Of a stretch of DNA of 64,000 bases, positions 55,501 to 64,000 are shown piece after piece. The position numbers and the translations under genes are program-made. The stretch comes from a virus. Lineage: Duplodnaviria > Caudoviricetes. The stretch's first letter is position 1; each line of letters opens with the position of its first letter. The stretch covers positions 16,268 through 80,267 of IMG/VR virus record IMGVR_UViG_2654588115_000001; one strand, 5' to 3'. Under the pieces are notes generated by a model. That model saw only the letters and a program-made list of their open reading frames with translations. It searched no databases and was not told the DNA's origin.

Positions 55501-56008
55501 GAATTAACAGGTCATTGGCACACACACTTTCGATGCCGTCAATGCCTCCCTCGCAGAGCACCACATGTTTATGGAGCTGATTGGCCTCACTGTTGGTTTC
55601 ATGGAAGGTCTGATTGCCTGTCACCTTGCGATAGCCATAAACCACCGGAATCTGCCCATCCGAGGACATGGTTTCCTGCGCCCGGTCAAAGCGTTGCACA
55701 TCGGGGCTGCCCATCGAACCCATGTCATCCATCTTCGGACGATTAAAGGCTGTCCACACCGTAGAAGCGAGAGCCGCACCCATGACCGCAGCACCAAAAT
55801 GAGCCGATGCTGCCATACCAAAAGCCGCAGGGTTAAACCAGCCAAACGCAGCCAAGCCGATGGATAGCAACACCTTACCTACGCCTTTGCCACCACTGCT
55901 ATGCCCGAATAACTGCAAGTCAATCTGAAAATCCTCCGCCACAAAGGGTTTCAACAATTCTCTTTCATGTGCCGCATCCGATAATACATTTCTCGAATCA
56001 AAATCCAT
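52562..56008 (-). CDS. Tail tip / host-specificity protein (lambda J-like central fibre)
   Basis: IPVVYG, LCEG.I, YSTNPALCLRD, FN3-like regions, C-terminal GSITADKL...LSALSA.IG...RVKLGVW. Confidence 0.92.
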   Translation of the reverse strand: MDFDSRNVLSDAAHERELLKPFVAEDFQIDLQLFGHSSGGKGVGKVLLSIGLAAFGWFNPAAFGMAASAHFGAAVMGAALASTVWTAFNRPKMDDMGSMGSPDVQRFDRAQETMSSDGQIPVVYGYRKVTGNQTFHETNSEANQLHKHVVLCEGGIDGIESVCANDLLIPTGKQQEGAVFTVQNRKYADAMVSLSNKTLALSANGVNHSVYLCNKDDASGSGSFYEWQMNISSLIAYINRLGDGWEAFPTATTTKYPGDLKLPTAGKCYNNPLKLTADTVKGGTKYTFHDCEAPDNYNDVGGYPKLAWLDMHFNTSAELNGNPSVSAIVRGKKVFDLRTGKTVYSTNPALCLRDFMLSKRYGMGKWITEADLDEDSWKEAADYCDEIIEFHNADNVVVKAKRYELNMIIDQSNSAINWLQEILANFCGYLTISHGKFKLKIEKKEPVSYRFTDSNCSDLSVAPLKLSETPNKYSVKIIDPRNNWQSIACLCEDFSDQKERGKVVTKEVQLNGVTSQNQALRLARFYRDYNLACPLQISFTTGYQAMHLEPGDVVTVSYHDVFKNLPIRIAEIRETEEHRFTISGRQYNPDLYNDDLGGGISWYNYIPANESTAVERRRPGQVSALTAVTRYRTRMDGSTGYDIVVKFKLPQRYDVNTAVVSYRTNNAIASDVQEIPVDVPLDQLGFLSPWKSAGESQGTLVIPNVHIGDEYEFRVQAKSDEGLLSSESSAPHVRIVVTPKSTVPASPQNLRYDFSERFLFSWDDVADSDVVYYEIRSNTKVGEEFGLLGRTQDRSIAVSLQSRSGKVYVYAINAYKKASYPAVVSYSYPRPKAPTEITVNKIPRGVSIVAPPLPYGASGVVFYITGTSYSKSFRLENPVLNFMEKSGIYDVKACYYDRMGEGEMSQIFAAVIEPTFPAEWIADGSVSMEKFDGIAKSAVADLKDTAKKLGEIDVSLAELTKSDTEIKGLVQDTKTQTQSQITQIANEIDAKIVDRNKGLASDVKINADKIQQVITDLNTDPSKSGYSAITQLVDGINARVVKGDVINQINMTSNGTVIDGKYLHVTGKTKFDDDIITESMIKAGSITADKLAAGSISADRVNVKQLSALSAKIGLLRTKDTGARVEISDNLIKVFDENNVLRVKLGVW

Positions 56009-56020
56009 GCCCTCACCCCC

Positions 56021-56815
56021 TTATCTGTACACGCTCTCAAATGGAATCGCAGGGAATCCACTGTAATTTTTCATGTTGTCGTAAGCCTTACATCGCTCCA
56101 CCGTCTTGTTGCACCCTCTGGTCAGTGCCGCAGACTTACCAATGGTTTCATGGGCAAATCCAACATTTACTGTCACATTGTAGCCACTGGACGAGGAAAC
56201 CACCCTTGACTCCCCATCCACGCTGATTACGCCGTCCTTCCAGTAATCCTTCTCATGGCTCACGTTTAATATCAGCGTATTGCCCTTGCGCCCTGTCACC
56301 GCCAAATCCTCACGGGCAAGGCTCATACCGCACTCACTATCGCCGAATTCACTATTGCAGGCAAGGCGGTAATTACGGTTCGGACAGTTAATTTCTGGAA
56401 GTCGGGCATTGATTTTAGCCGAGAGCATACCGTTAGAGAAAGATGGTTCATCAATGAATCCCGAGAAAACCAGCTGCACCGCATTGGGATTCTTTAGGCT
56501 TTCCGGATACTGAATCCGCATAATCGTTGCATTGCACCCACGAAAGTCAAAGCCATTCATCACGAACTGCAACATTTCATGGGAGCAATCCGCCATCGAG
56601 ATTTCCACGGAATCATTGATGGTATCGAGGTTTCTCCCAATGTCCCCACGCTGAAAAGGAGCCGCAAGGTAAGTTTCTCCGGCGAATACGATATTTTCAT
56701 CGCAAGCCGCTAACCTCGTGACTCCCGTCCGTAAATTCAAAATGTAAAGTTCAATGAAAAATGGATTTTTGCTCTCCTTGGCCTTTGCCATGCAAACAGG
56801 CAGAACGATACTCAT
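56021..56815 (-). CDS. Minor tail protein (DUF2163/gpL-like hub)
   Basis: C...GD.EC and GCNKT.ERC...NYSGFP.IP Cys motif. Confidence 0.85.
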   Translation of the reverse strand: MSIVLPVCMAKAKESKNPFFIELYILNLRTGVTRLAACDENIVFAGETYLAAPFQRGDIGRNLDTINDSVEISMADCSHEMLQFVMNGFDFRGCNATIMRIQYPESLKNPNAVQLVFSGFIDEPSFSNGMLSAKINARLPEINCPNRNYRLACNSEFGDSECGMSLAREDLAVTGRKGNTLILNVSHEKDYWKDGVISVDGESRVVSSSSGYNVTVNVGFAHETIGKSAALTRGCNKTVERCKAYDNMKNYSGFPAIPFESVYR

Positions 56816-57225
56816 GCTTTCCTCCGGAATCCATACTTAAAGCACTTCGTCCACATATTGCGATGATAAATCGTAGATTCGGTTTCACCGGCCACCGTAG
56901 GAACTTCCATTGCCAGTAATTTACCGTATTCAAGGTAAATGCCTAGGTGGATGCAGCGGTTAATCTCGAACACCACCACATCACCGAAGGAAAGCTCATC
57001 ATAACCCACCTGCGTAAAATTCCGCAGCATATACTCATAGAGCCGCCGCCAAAACTTCGGCTGGGCATATTCGTATTCCTCGGGATAAGGCTGCCCATCC
57101 TCGAATTTCTGTGGCCATCCATGCTCCTTGTAGAATAGCTGCACCAGACCAAAGCAATCGCATTTATCGAAATCAGCACCACCGTAACCATGCGTGATGC
57201 CGATGAATTTACTTATATCTTCCAT
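56812..57225 (-). CDS. NlpC/P60 tail assembly protein (gpK-like)
   Basis: DCFGLV, GDVVVF, HLGIY. Confidence 0.88.
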   Translation of the reverse strand: MEDISKFIGITHGYGGADFDKCDCFGLVQLFYKEHGWPQKFEDGQPYPEEYEYAQPKFWRRLYEYMLRNFTQVGYDELSFGDVVVFEINRCIHLGIYLEYGKLLAMEVPTVAGETESTIYHRNMWTKCFKYGFRRKA

Positions 57226-57917
57226 CAGTCTATTACCTCCAATTCCATTTGACACTCATAGCCAATAATGTTCCGTAATTCCCGCTTGTCCTTTATCTCA
57301 ATCTTATCGGGGAATACCACCTTTAGGTCTTCGCCGTTATACCGGAAGGTCAAAGGCACTCGGCAATGGGAGTTAAAAAGCCGTATCAGCGTATCTCGCT
57401 CTGATTTCAGCCCCGACCACTTCCCGGTAATTGTCCGCGTGGGCTTCGTCTGCCTTGCCATACGCTCCGTGCGCTGGCCAGCCGTGACCAACTGCGTATG
57501 CCAATCGAATACCTGGTCTGTTTCACCGTGAGGATTCGGCAGCACATCCGTTTCCTGTGCCGTAGGATAGCTTGTAACCTGCCGGTCCACCTCCAATACC
57601 ACCTCGCAGGAATACGCCTTAATAACGCCATTCTCGCGCTTACAACGGGGATTTATCGCTTGGCTGAAATAGCAGACCTCCATAACTCCGTCATAGGCAA
57701 AATAAAAAGGCTCTTGCAAGCCTTTGTGTCTGTTATAGAATTTAACCAGTTCCGCCAGTTGCAGCCCACCTATGGTAAAGGCATAGGTTTTCTTCGCGTG
57801 AACCCTGCGCCGGTAATACTGTTTTGTATAATCTTCAAAGCTCATGGCCTTGGAATCCCATTGATAGGTAATGCTCACATCACCGTATGGGGTAAAATTG
57901 AATACCTCCATCAGCAT
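57225..57917 (-). CDS. Distal tail protein (gpM/DUF2460-like, duplicated domain)
   Basis: FYNRHKG..EPFYF and LFNSH....TF repeats; upstream of K-L-J. Confidence 0.75.
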   Translation of the reverse strand: MLMEVFNFTPYGDVSITYQWDSKAMSFEDYTKQYYRRRVHAKKTYAFTIGGLQLAELVKFYNRHKGLQEPFYFAYDGVMEVCYFSQAINPRCKRENGVIKAYSCEVVLEVDRQVTSYPTAQETDVLPNPHGETDQVFDWHTQLVTAGQRTERMARQTKPTRTITGKWSGLKSERDTLIRLFNSHCRVPLTFRYNGEDLKVVFPDKIEIKDKRELRNIIGYECQMELEVID

Positions 57918-57954
57918 ACCTCCGTTTCTTCAATGTTTAACAATGAATAGTCTT

Positions 57955-58102
57955 TGCCCCCTACCCCATAGCTTCCTCACAATTTCCCAGAAAAGAAACC
58001 ATGTATACTATGGAGTTACATGGCAAAGAAAAGAAATCAGAGTATAGGGACTTGCACCCTACACCCTTAATATAAAAAAACAGGGTCTTTGCAACCCTGT
58101 TT
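57955..58102 (-). promoter_or_regulatory. Putative late promoter and leader re-starting tail transcription
   Basis: GGGTTGCAAAGACCCTGTTTTTTTATAT (also a terminator-like hairpin), T-loop-like hairpin GTGTAGGG-TGCAAGT-CCCTATAC, and TATGGGGTAGGGGG; matches 2165-2225. Confidence 0.55.
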
Positions 58103-58121
58103 CAAAAATATTTTTATGAAA

Positions 58122-58325
58122 TTAGCCTTTGATGCAAGCCAGAACTTCCGCAGCAGACAGGTTATTATTAACCATGTACTCGGTCAGTTCTTTGTAATCG
58201 CCCTCTGCTTTTTTTGTTTTCAGTTCGGAAACCTTTGCTTTCAGAACCTTGATTTCTGCCTGTTTCTTTTCAATTTTTGATTCCAAAGCACTGATTTTTT
58301 CATCATAGTTTGCTTTTCTTGCCAT
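58122..58325 (-). CDS. Small coiled-coil protein (moron)
   Basis: 67 aa, AGGAGG RBS. Confidence 0.8.
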   Translation of the reverse strand: MARKANYDEKISALESKIEKKQAEIKVLKAKVSELKTKKAEGDYKELTEYMVNNNLSAAEVLACIKG

Positions 58326-58409
58326 TATAAATCTCCTCCTAAATACAATAATTTTATTATAGCCTATAACAAAAGAAAAGGCAAGTAGTTGCCTTTTCTT
58401 TTTATAATA

Positions 58410-58883
58410 TTATATGATTTCATTAACTTCATTAATGGCGAATAAATCCAAAGGAATATTATGTTCCTGCACAATTTGTTCAACCCGTTCCTTCCCCAAT
58501 GCGTAGGGAGAAGATGCCAAATGTATTACTAAGGCAAACACATATTCCAGGGAAATTTCAAGCTCAAACTCATACACATGCGAATTATTTTTGCCAATCT
58601 TATATCGTGCATTCCAATAATCAGATAACTCTTTTTTCTGATATGATATTTTGTTAAATTTTTCTCCCCCATTTTCTAAGTCAATACGAAAAAAGAATTC
58701 GGCATGTTTTAGTATTTTTTCGATTCCCTTCTCATATTTTTTTTCTCCATGTAACACAGCAATAAAATTTTCTATGGCTTTTGATAACGTTCTTTCAGCC
58801 TCTTTCCTAGGAATTAGCTTCACCCATACTTCCTTCTGCATTGATTCCATCTTGTCATAATCATCATCGGTAAACTTTAACAC
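58410..58883 (-). CDS. Hypothetical moron protein
   Basis: 157 aa, low GC, AAGGGGG RBS. Confidence 0.7.
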   Translation of the reverse strand: MLKFTDDDYDKMESMQKEVWVKLIPRKEAERTLSKAIENFIAVLHGEKKYEKGIEKILKHAEFFFRIDLENGGEKFNKISYQKKELSDYWNARYKIGKNNSHVYEFELEISLEYVFALVIHLASSPYALGKERVEQIVQEHNIPLDLFAINEVNEII

Positions 58884-59032
58884 TATGATGTCCCCCTTCG
58901 GTTAGTTGTGGTTCTTTTGTATTTTCCATATTAGCACACATTTCACGCATCGTCAATATATTTCCTATTGGTAAATTGTTTGACGCATAGGAAAGTGTAT
59001 GGTATACTATTTTTTATAAGGATGGTGCTAAT

Positions 59033-59410
59033 ATGAGTAAATTTAACCCCGATGCTATGGTGCAGCGTTACCCGGACAAGGAACACGTTACAATTCATCG
59101 TGATTTTCTTCGAGCCCTTGCCCAAGGAGATATATCTAAATCTGAACTGCGAGCCTTAATGAGTTTTCTTGCAGACTTAACCTCAGACAAATACCGCCGT
59201 ATCCACAAAAAACGCCTAGCTGAAAACTTAGGTGTTGCTCCCAGTTCTATCTCTAAAGGAACAACAAGGCTTGAAAATCGTGGCATTATTATCGCCGAGA
59301 ATTTTATGACAGATTTTGACGAAGACGATGATGATGAAATTACTGGAAGACCAGGCTACTACATAATTAACGACAGATATTTAGAAATTGGGAAAAACAG
59401 GCATATCTAA
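59033..59410 (+). CDS. Winged-HTH protein (RepL/MarR-like), moron
   Basis: KKRLAENLGVAPSSISKG..RL...GII; own promoter TTGACG-N17-TATACT (58980-59008); terminator at about 59415-59455. Confidence 0.75.
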   Translation: MSKFNPDAMVQRYPDKEHVTIHRDFLRALAQGDISKSELRALMSFLADLTSDKYRRIHKKRLAENLGVAPSSISKGTTRLENRGIIIAENFMTDFDEDDDDEITGRPGYYIINDRYLEIGKNRHI

Positions 59411-59651
59411 TAGCAGGAGGCCGGAGTCATTAAGACTCCAAGCCTCCTTGTTTTGTATGCAATTTTTCAATAACATATATTTTTCTAAAACGCATAGCAT
59501 CCTGTTATTTTAATCAGTAGGAACCCAGGTATAATCTTGAATAACCAATTTAGAATAGGTTTTTGATAAATTTCATAATAACCTCCATCATTATAACCTA
59601 TTTATATTCCATTATTTTAACGATATTAATGAACGCATACACTAAATTATT

Positions 59652-60290
59652 TCAGTATCTTTTTATTATCTGACTAAAATCAATCACGTCCATAATCCCT
59701 TCTAGTTCATAACCTATTTCTTCAGAGTCTCCCAAGTTCACCGCTGCCTCTCTATAAGTTTTCAAAAAGCTCCCCGGATACGTTCTAATCATCTTATCCC
59801 ATTCCGCTAAAACTTTTGGTGCCACAAAATTTGTAACCCATTCATCAAATGGTAACAATTCATTTAATTCATTATCTTTTTTTGCATCTTTCATCATAAA
59901 CAGTCTTTTTATATTTTCCACTGCTTTCGTCTTAAGATTATCTCCTACCTTTACAGGATTATTTATAACTTCCAAAAGGCTATCATTAGGCTCAACAATA
60001 CGCCATATAAATATTTTATTGCAAGGGGTATTAGAGTGAATTGTTTGCACTCGTGTTACCCTTTCATATCCCCCACCGAATTTCGGTTTATACGCATCTT
60101 CATATTTAACATTAGTAAAGGTTATATTTTTCTCGTGACGATACATAACCGTTGTTATTTTTTTATAATCATTAATTTTCTTTCTATTATTCATGTTACT
60201 ATAATAGCAATCATACACCTCACACTTAGGAACAATATAACCATGTTCTGCTATAGATTTCGGATTAATTTCAAGATAAATATGTTCCAT
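59652..60290 (-). CDS. Hypothetical moron protein
   Basis: 212 aa, low GC, GGAGG RBS. Confidence 0.75.
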   Translation of the reverse strand: MEHIYLEINPKSIAEHGYIVPKCEVYDCYYSNMNNRKKINDYKKITTVMYRHEKNITFTNVKYEDAYKPKFGGGYERVTRVQTIHSNTPCNKIFIWRIVEPNDSLLEVINNPVKVGDNLKTKAVENIKRLFMMKDAKKDNELNELLPFDEWVTNFVAPKVLAEWDKMIRTYPGSFLKTYREAAVNLGDSEEIGYELEGIMDVIDFSQIIKRY

Positions 60291-60420
60291 TTTATATCCT
60301 CCATTTTATAATCGTCCCGTCACCATAAAAACCTTCTACTCTTATCATCTGTTTATTTTCTCAATATTCAAACATTATATATATTCTTCTACACAAAACT
60401 TTTTTCTCCTTCCCATAACC

Positions 60421-60454
60421 AAAAAAGACCTCCAAGGATTTCTCCCCAGAGGTC
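60421..60454 (-). terminator. Terminator after the tape measure gene
   Basis: GACCTCT...GGAGGTC-TTTTTT. Confidence 0.7.
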
Positions 60455-60461
60455 AATCTTC

Positions 60462-63400
60462 TTACCGGAACCCCATCCGCTGGTTTCTTCCCAGGATAGC
60501 ATTGAGCGCCCGTGGGTTCTCTGCCAGTGCTTTCATCACTTGCTCCGAAGATGCCTGTGTATTGAGCACCACCAGTCCTCCGCCGTTGCCGTCCTTGCCC
60601 ATATTCCGCAGCAAGTCCGTTTGCTGCGCCATGAGGCTTTCCAGTTTGGCATTTGGATTATCCCGATTCAGCACCTCGGCTTTCTTCGTAACCGAAGTAG
60701 CTATATGGGGTACATACGGCGTGGGGGAAATTGCCCCACCCGTGGCGTACTTGCCATAGTTCATCCGGTCGAGATTGTCTTTGCCAATCCGCTGCGTAGC
60801 TTCGGCGGTCATTACATACTCACCATTTGAAAGGTACACGAATCTGTCCTTGTTTCCGATATAGGCGAGGATAGAATCGCTCGTTCCCGTGCCGGCCCCA
60901 GTGATTGCTCCTGCGGTCTGACCGCCGGATGCGTAACCAGGAATCATCCCACCGATAGCTTTCCCCGGAATAGCCCCGCCACCTGCGAAACCAAAGGCAC
61001 TACCCCAGCCAGCCTTGACAATAACGCTCTGCAGCTGAATCATCAATAGCTGCTTTAAGGCGAATTTACCAATATCAGCCCAGAGTTCCTTGAAGGAATC
61101 GCGGAAGGACTTACCCTCGGCCAATACGTTGGTAAACATACTAACCGTACCATCGAAGACCAGTTTGGCAAAATCCTGCTGCACCTTCTTGATGGCATCC
61201 GCATTATTCTTCAACGCCTCCGTACACTCGTCCACGGCCTTTTTCTCGTCCTGCTCCGCCTTTGTTCCCACGGCAGCCATAGACTGATACTCGTCCTTTA
61301 ACCGCGCCACCTCTGCCGTCTGGTCTGCGATTTTCTGCGTGGTATCTCCGGCAGTAACCTTATCCTCCAGTTCTTTGAGTTTAGCCTGTGCCGCCTCAAT
61401 GTCAGCCAGCTTATCCGACCGCTCTTCCACGCCCTTTGCACGGGCATCAGCATAACGCTCCTTGGCTCTGCGCAGATTTTCCTCCAGATACTCCCTCTGA
61501 ATCTCCAAGACCTTTCTCCGTCCGGGGGAACCAGATATATCATTGGGATGCAGCATATCATAATCCTTCACAACCCGGTCAGCCATGTATTTATTCCTTT
61601 CATCGACATTCATATAGCCCATGGCCTTATCACGAGCCTGCCGTTGTTCCTCAATGGCTTTCGTTGTCTGTACGATTTTCAGCCGGATTTTTTCTTCGGC
61701 CTCTACCTGCTTCTTGAAGGAATCATCACCGGCAAGGTCAGCCAAAGCCTTACGTTCTGCCGGAACAAGTTTCTGCCATGTCGTTCCCCTCTTTGCCAAC
61801 ACTTCGCCAATATCCTTATGCGTGGTAGCAAGGGCATTCTTGACATTCTTCTGCGTAGAATCCAAGGTATCCTCCAGGATTTCCTTCGCCGCCTGTTGCG
61901 AGGCAAGTTTCAGTTCTGCCACCGCCAGTGCCGCACGGTCTTGCCCCAGACTCCCACCGTTATAAAAATCATGGGATTTCCCTCGGTAGGTCATTTTGTC
62001 GGCATCTTCGTTTGCCAACTGTTCACGGTACAACGCCTCCTGGTACGGGTCAAGCTGAAAATCATTGATGGACTTCGGCTTCTTCTTACCGCCACGAACG
62101 CTGGTGGTATACGGCTTTCCGGCCAGTTCATTTACCGAAATAACCCCCTCAATACCAGAGCTTGCAAATGCGGTTTCCCAGTTTGTGCCATAGTAGGCAG
62201 ATTTCGTTCCCGGCTTGGATGCAGCATAGTACCCCTCGCCGTTTTCACCAATCATAATGACATGGCCCGCATGACCATTTTCGCCATTACTGGTATTTAC
62301 CAGACCAATATCCCCGGTTTTCGGTATGTAACCTCCGGATTGAATCTCGGAATACGAATGGAACGCATAGGAACCTGCCTTGGACCAGTTCGGAGCCCAC
62401 GCCGAGAGATTATCCACGGTATTCTCGTCCACACCAGCATTAATGAGCGCTTTCTGAATAAGGGTAGTACATACCTTTACCGTAGCATCACGCCACGAAC
62501 CACCACCATAATCCTGCCCCAGCTCCTCCTTGACCCCTGCAATAACATCGTCATTGAAGGAGCCAGGCAAACCAAAGCCATCATCATTGCCGAAGTTGAA
62601 GGATTCCTTCTGGGCTTGGAAATTCTTCCGCACCTGCGCCACATAACTGTCACTGCCGCCATTATATGCCCGGACGGCTTTCCAGAGTTCACCCGTGTTA
62701 TCGAATTTCTCTGCCAGAAGTTTCACTGCCGTCATGGCATTATTGAGCGGCACCGAAACATCCCCGGTGCCAAATCGCTCCGCATCTGCCTTGGTTACTT
62801 GGAACATACCGAAGTGGCCAGAGCCGGCATAATCCTCCAAGAGATTGCCGTTGCCATCCCACTGCCGAATCGTTGTGTCACCGCCGGATTCCCTTGCCGC
62901 AATGGCACGGAGCAGGGGTTCGGTGAACTTATACTGTTGGGCAATATCAGACTGCGCCGCCTCGTGGATGGCCGCCGAGAGCTCATCACTGGCATAATCA
63001 ATGGTGACTTTCTCATGTCTGCCTTTTCTTCCGTTGCGAGAGCGCGGTTCCCTGCCGTAGTTGTTGTTATCGGGAGTTGCAGTGTTTGTATCCGTGTTTA
63101 CCCCTCTTTGTAAATCCGCAACACTCTGTGCGGCCGCAGCAGCGACTTTTTCATGCCCAGCAAGAACTTCCTCCATGTGACCAAGGCTCGCCTCGTAACC
63201 ACCTATGGCAACCTCAAAGGTTTCCACATCACCGATATTCTTCGCATCGTCTATGGCTTCTTTTTCCTGTTGGTCGAATTTATTCCATATATCACTGGCC
63301 TTTTGAACCAAAGCGTCTACACCACCATTGGCTTCTACGGTCCAATCGTTGAAAAAGCCACTGATGCCGCCTATCTCCTTGTAGGTATTCGCAGCCGCTA

Positions 63401-64000
63401 ACAGGTCATTTGCACGTTTCTTCCCCTCCAGCGCAGCCTTGTACCGGGCATTATTCATAACCCTGTTCAACCAATTCCAGCCATTGCCATTTGCCCTGAC
63501 CTGCTTGAGTTCTTCCTTCATGGACTCAATTCTGGCCTTGGTGCTCTGAATCTGGGTTTTCGTAGCATCCGCATTATTCTTAGCCGTATTCATAATATCG
63601 GTCTGTTCCTGGATGTGCTTCGACTTTTCCTTCCCCATATAATCCTTAATGGAATCCATTTTTATTCCATTGTCGGTAATGAATTGGTCAGCGTTGGTGT
63701 GCAGAATCTGCCCCAGAGTAGTTTCCATGTCCTGTAACTGCTCCTGCTTGGCCTTATACTCCTCGCTCCCCTCCTGCATGGTAGCAAGGCTCTCACGGAC
63801 ACGGTTGTATGCCTCTGCCACCTGCAAGGCAGCGGTTTCCCTGCGTTCCGTCTGGTCATATTCCTGTTGTGCGGTTTCAATCTTTTTCTCCAAGGCATCC
63901 GTGGCTTCTTTCACCGCATTGGCTTCTTTTCCCTCTGCCTCTGCCGTAGCCAACAGATAAGGAACCGCTACGGATAACGCCGTCACAGCAATGCCAACAG
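60462..64000 (-). CDS. Tape measure protein (3' part) with SLT-lysozyme and CHAP/NlpC-like domains
   Basis: Long Ala/Lys/Glu-rich helical ORF open at the right edge; RESGG, GMFQV, AYNGG (SLT); CTT....AL...GD...GHV; C-terminal GGA..G.GTGTSDSI...LSNGEYV. Confidence 0.93.
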   Translation of the reverse strand, partial: VGIAVTALSVAVPYLLATAEAEGKEANAVKEATDALEKKIETAQQEYDQTERRETAALQVAEAYNRVRESLATMQEGSEEYKAKQEQLQDMETTLGQILHTNADQFITDNGIKMDSIKDYMGKEKSKHIQEQTDIMNTAKNNADATKTQIQSTKARIESMKEELKQVRANGNGWNWLNRVMNNARYKAALEGKKRANDLLAAANTYKEIGGISGFFNDWTVEANGGVDALVQKASDIWNKFDQQEKEAIDDAKNIGDVETFEVAIGGYEASLGHMEEVLAGHEKVAAAAAQSVADLQRGVNTDTNTATPDNNNYGREPRSRNGRKGRHEKVTIDYASDELSAAIHEAAQSDIAQQYKFTEPLLRAIAARESGGDTTIRQWDGNGNLLEDYAGSGHFGMFQVTKADAERFGTGDVSVPLNNAMTAVKLLAEKFDNTGELWKAVRAYNGGSDSYVAQVRKNFQAQKESFNFGNDDGFGLPGSFNDDVIAGVKEELGQDYGGGSWRDATVKVCTTLIQKALINAGVDENTVDNLSAWAPNWSKAGSYAFHSYSEIQSGGYIPKTGDIGLVNTSNGENGHAGHVIMIGENGEGYYAASKPGTKSAYYGTNWETAFASSGIEGVISVNELAGKPYTTSVRGGKKKPKSINDFQLDPYQEALYREQLANEDADKMTYRGKSHDFYNGGSLGQDRAALAVAELKLASQQAAKEILEDTLDSTQKNVKNALATTHKDIGEVLAKRGTTWQKLVPAERKALADLAGDDSFKKQVEAEEKIRLKIVQTTKAIEEQRQARDKAMGYMNVDERNKYMADRVVKDYDMLHPNDISGSPGRRKVLEIQREYLEENLRRAKERYADARAKGVEERSDKLADIEAAQAKLKELEDKVTAGDTTQKIADQTAEVARLKDEYQSMAAVGTKAEQDEKKAVDECTEALKNNADAIKKVQQDFAKLVFDGTVSMFTNVLAEGKSFRDSFKELWADIGKFALKQLLMIQLQSVIVKAGWGSAFGFAGGGAIPGKAIGGMIPGYASGGQTAGAITGAGTGTSDSILAYIGNKDRFVYLSNGEYVMTAEATQRIGKDNLDRMNYGKYATGGAISPTPYVPHIATSVTKKAEVLNRDNPNAKLESLMAQQTDLLRNMGKDGNGGGLVVLNTQASSEQVMKALAENPRALNAILGRNQRMGFR

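Noticed and set aside
61548-63113. 521-aa plus-strand ORF
   Set aside because: Antisense shadow of the tape measure gene with no recognisable motifs. The same applies to 54482-55408, 39415-40242 and 40303-40971.

Overview
About 64 kb of a temperate siphovirus-type phage that is probably maintained as a plasmid (phage-plasmid). The host is probably a Negativicute or related gut Firmicute; this is inferred from the gene families, a Firmicutes-type LQLF processing motif and a spanin-like pair. From left to right the window holds: the 5' part of a probable small terminase gene; a non-coding, RNA-rich region; a C/A-rich repeat zone; an early operon of about 30 small genes including a tyrosine recombinase; a low-GC type II R-M island (two m5C MTases plus a DUF3883-type nuclease); morons and sRNAs; a leftward replication and nucleotide-metabolism module (sigma-like activator, dUTPase, ThyX-like, RusA, an m5C MTase split into four ORFs, Cas4-like nuclease, primase-helicase, T7-type SSB); an XRE repressor switch; a Rep-less origin-like region next to type Ib parAB; a degenerate trpF; dnaE; a lysis cassette; LRR, collagen and GH114 tail accessories; a lambda-like tail tip; and the 3' part of the tape measure gene. 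The most notable observation is two homologous, highly structured, ORF-less long RNAs (about 1450-1945 and 33680-34515, both on the minus strand) that share six ordered motifs. One is under DnaA-box and antisense-attenuator control beside parAB. The other is under a promoter carrying the putative repressor operator. This suggests paired RNA-primed origins, one for the plasmid state and one for the lytic state. Nine dispersed 8-bp-repeat centromere-like arrays, a repressor operator regulon and a late-promoter motif were also read directly from the sequence. All protein family calls come from motif recognition, not from database searches.
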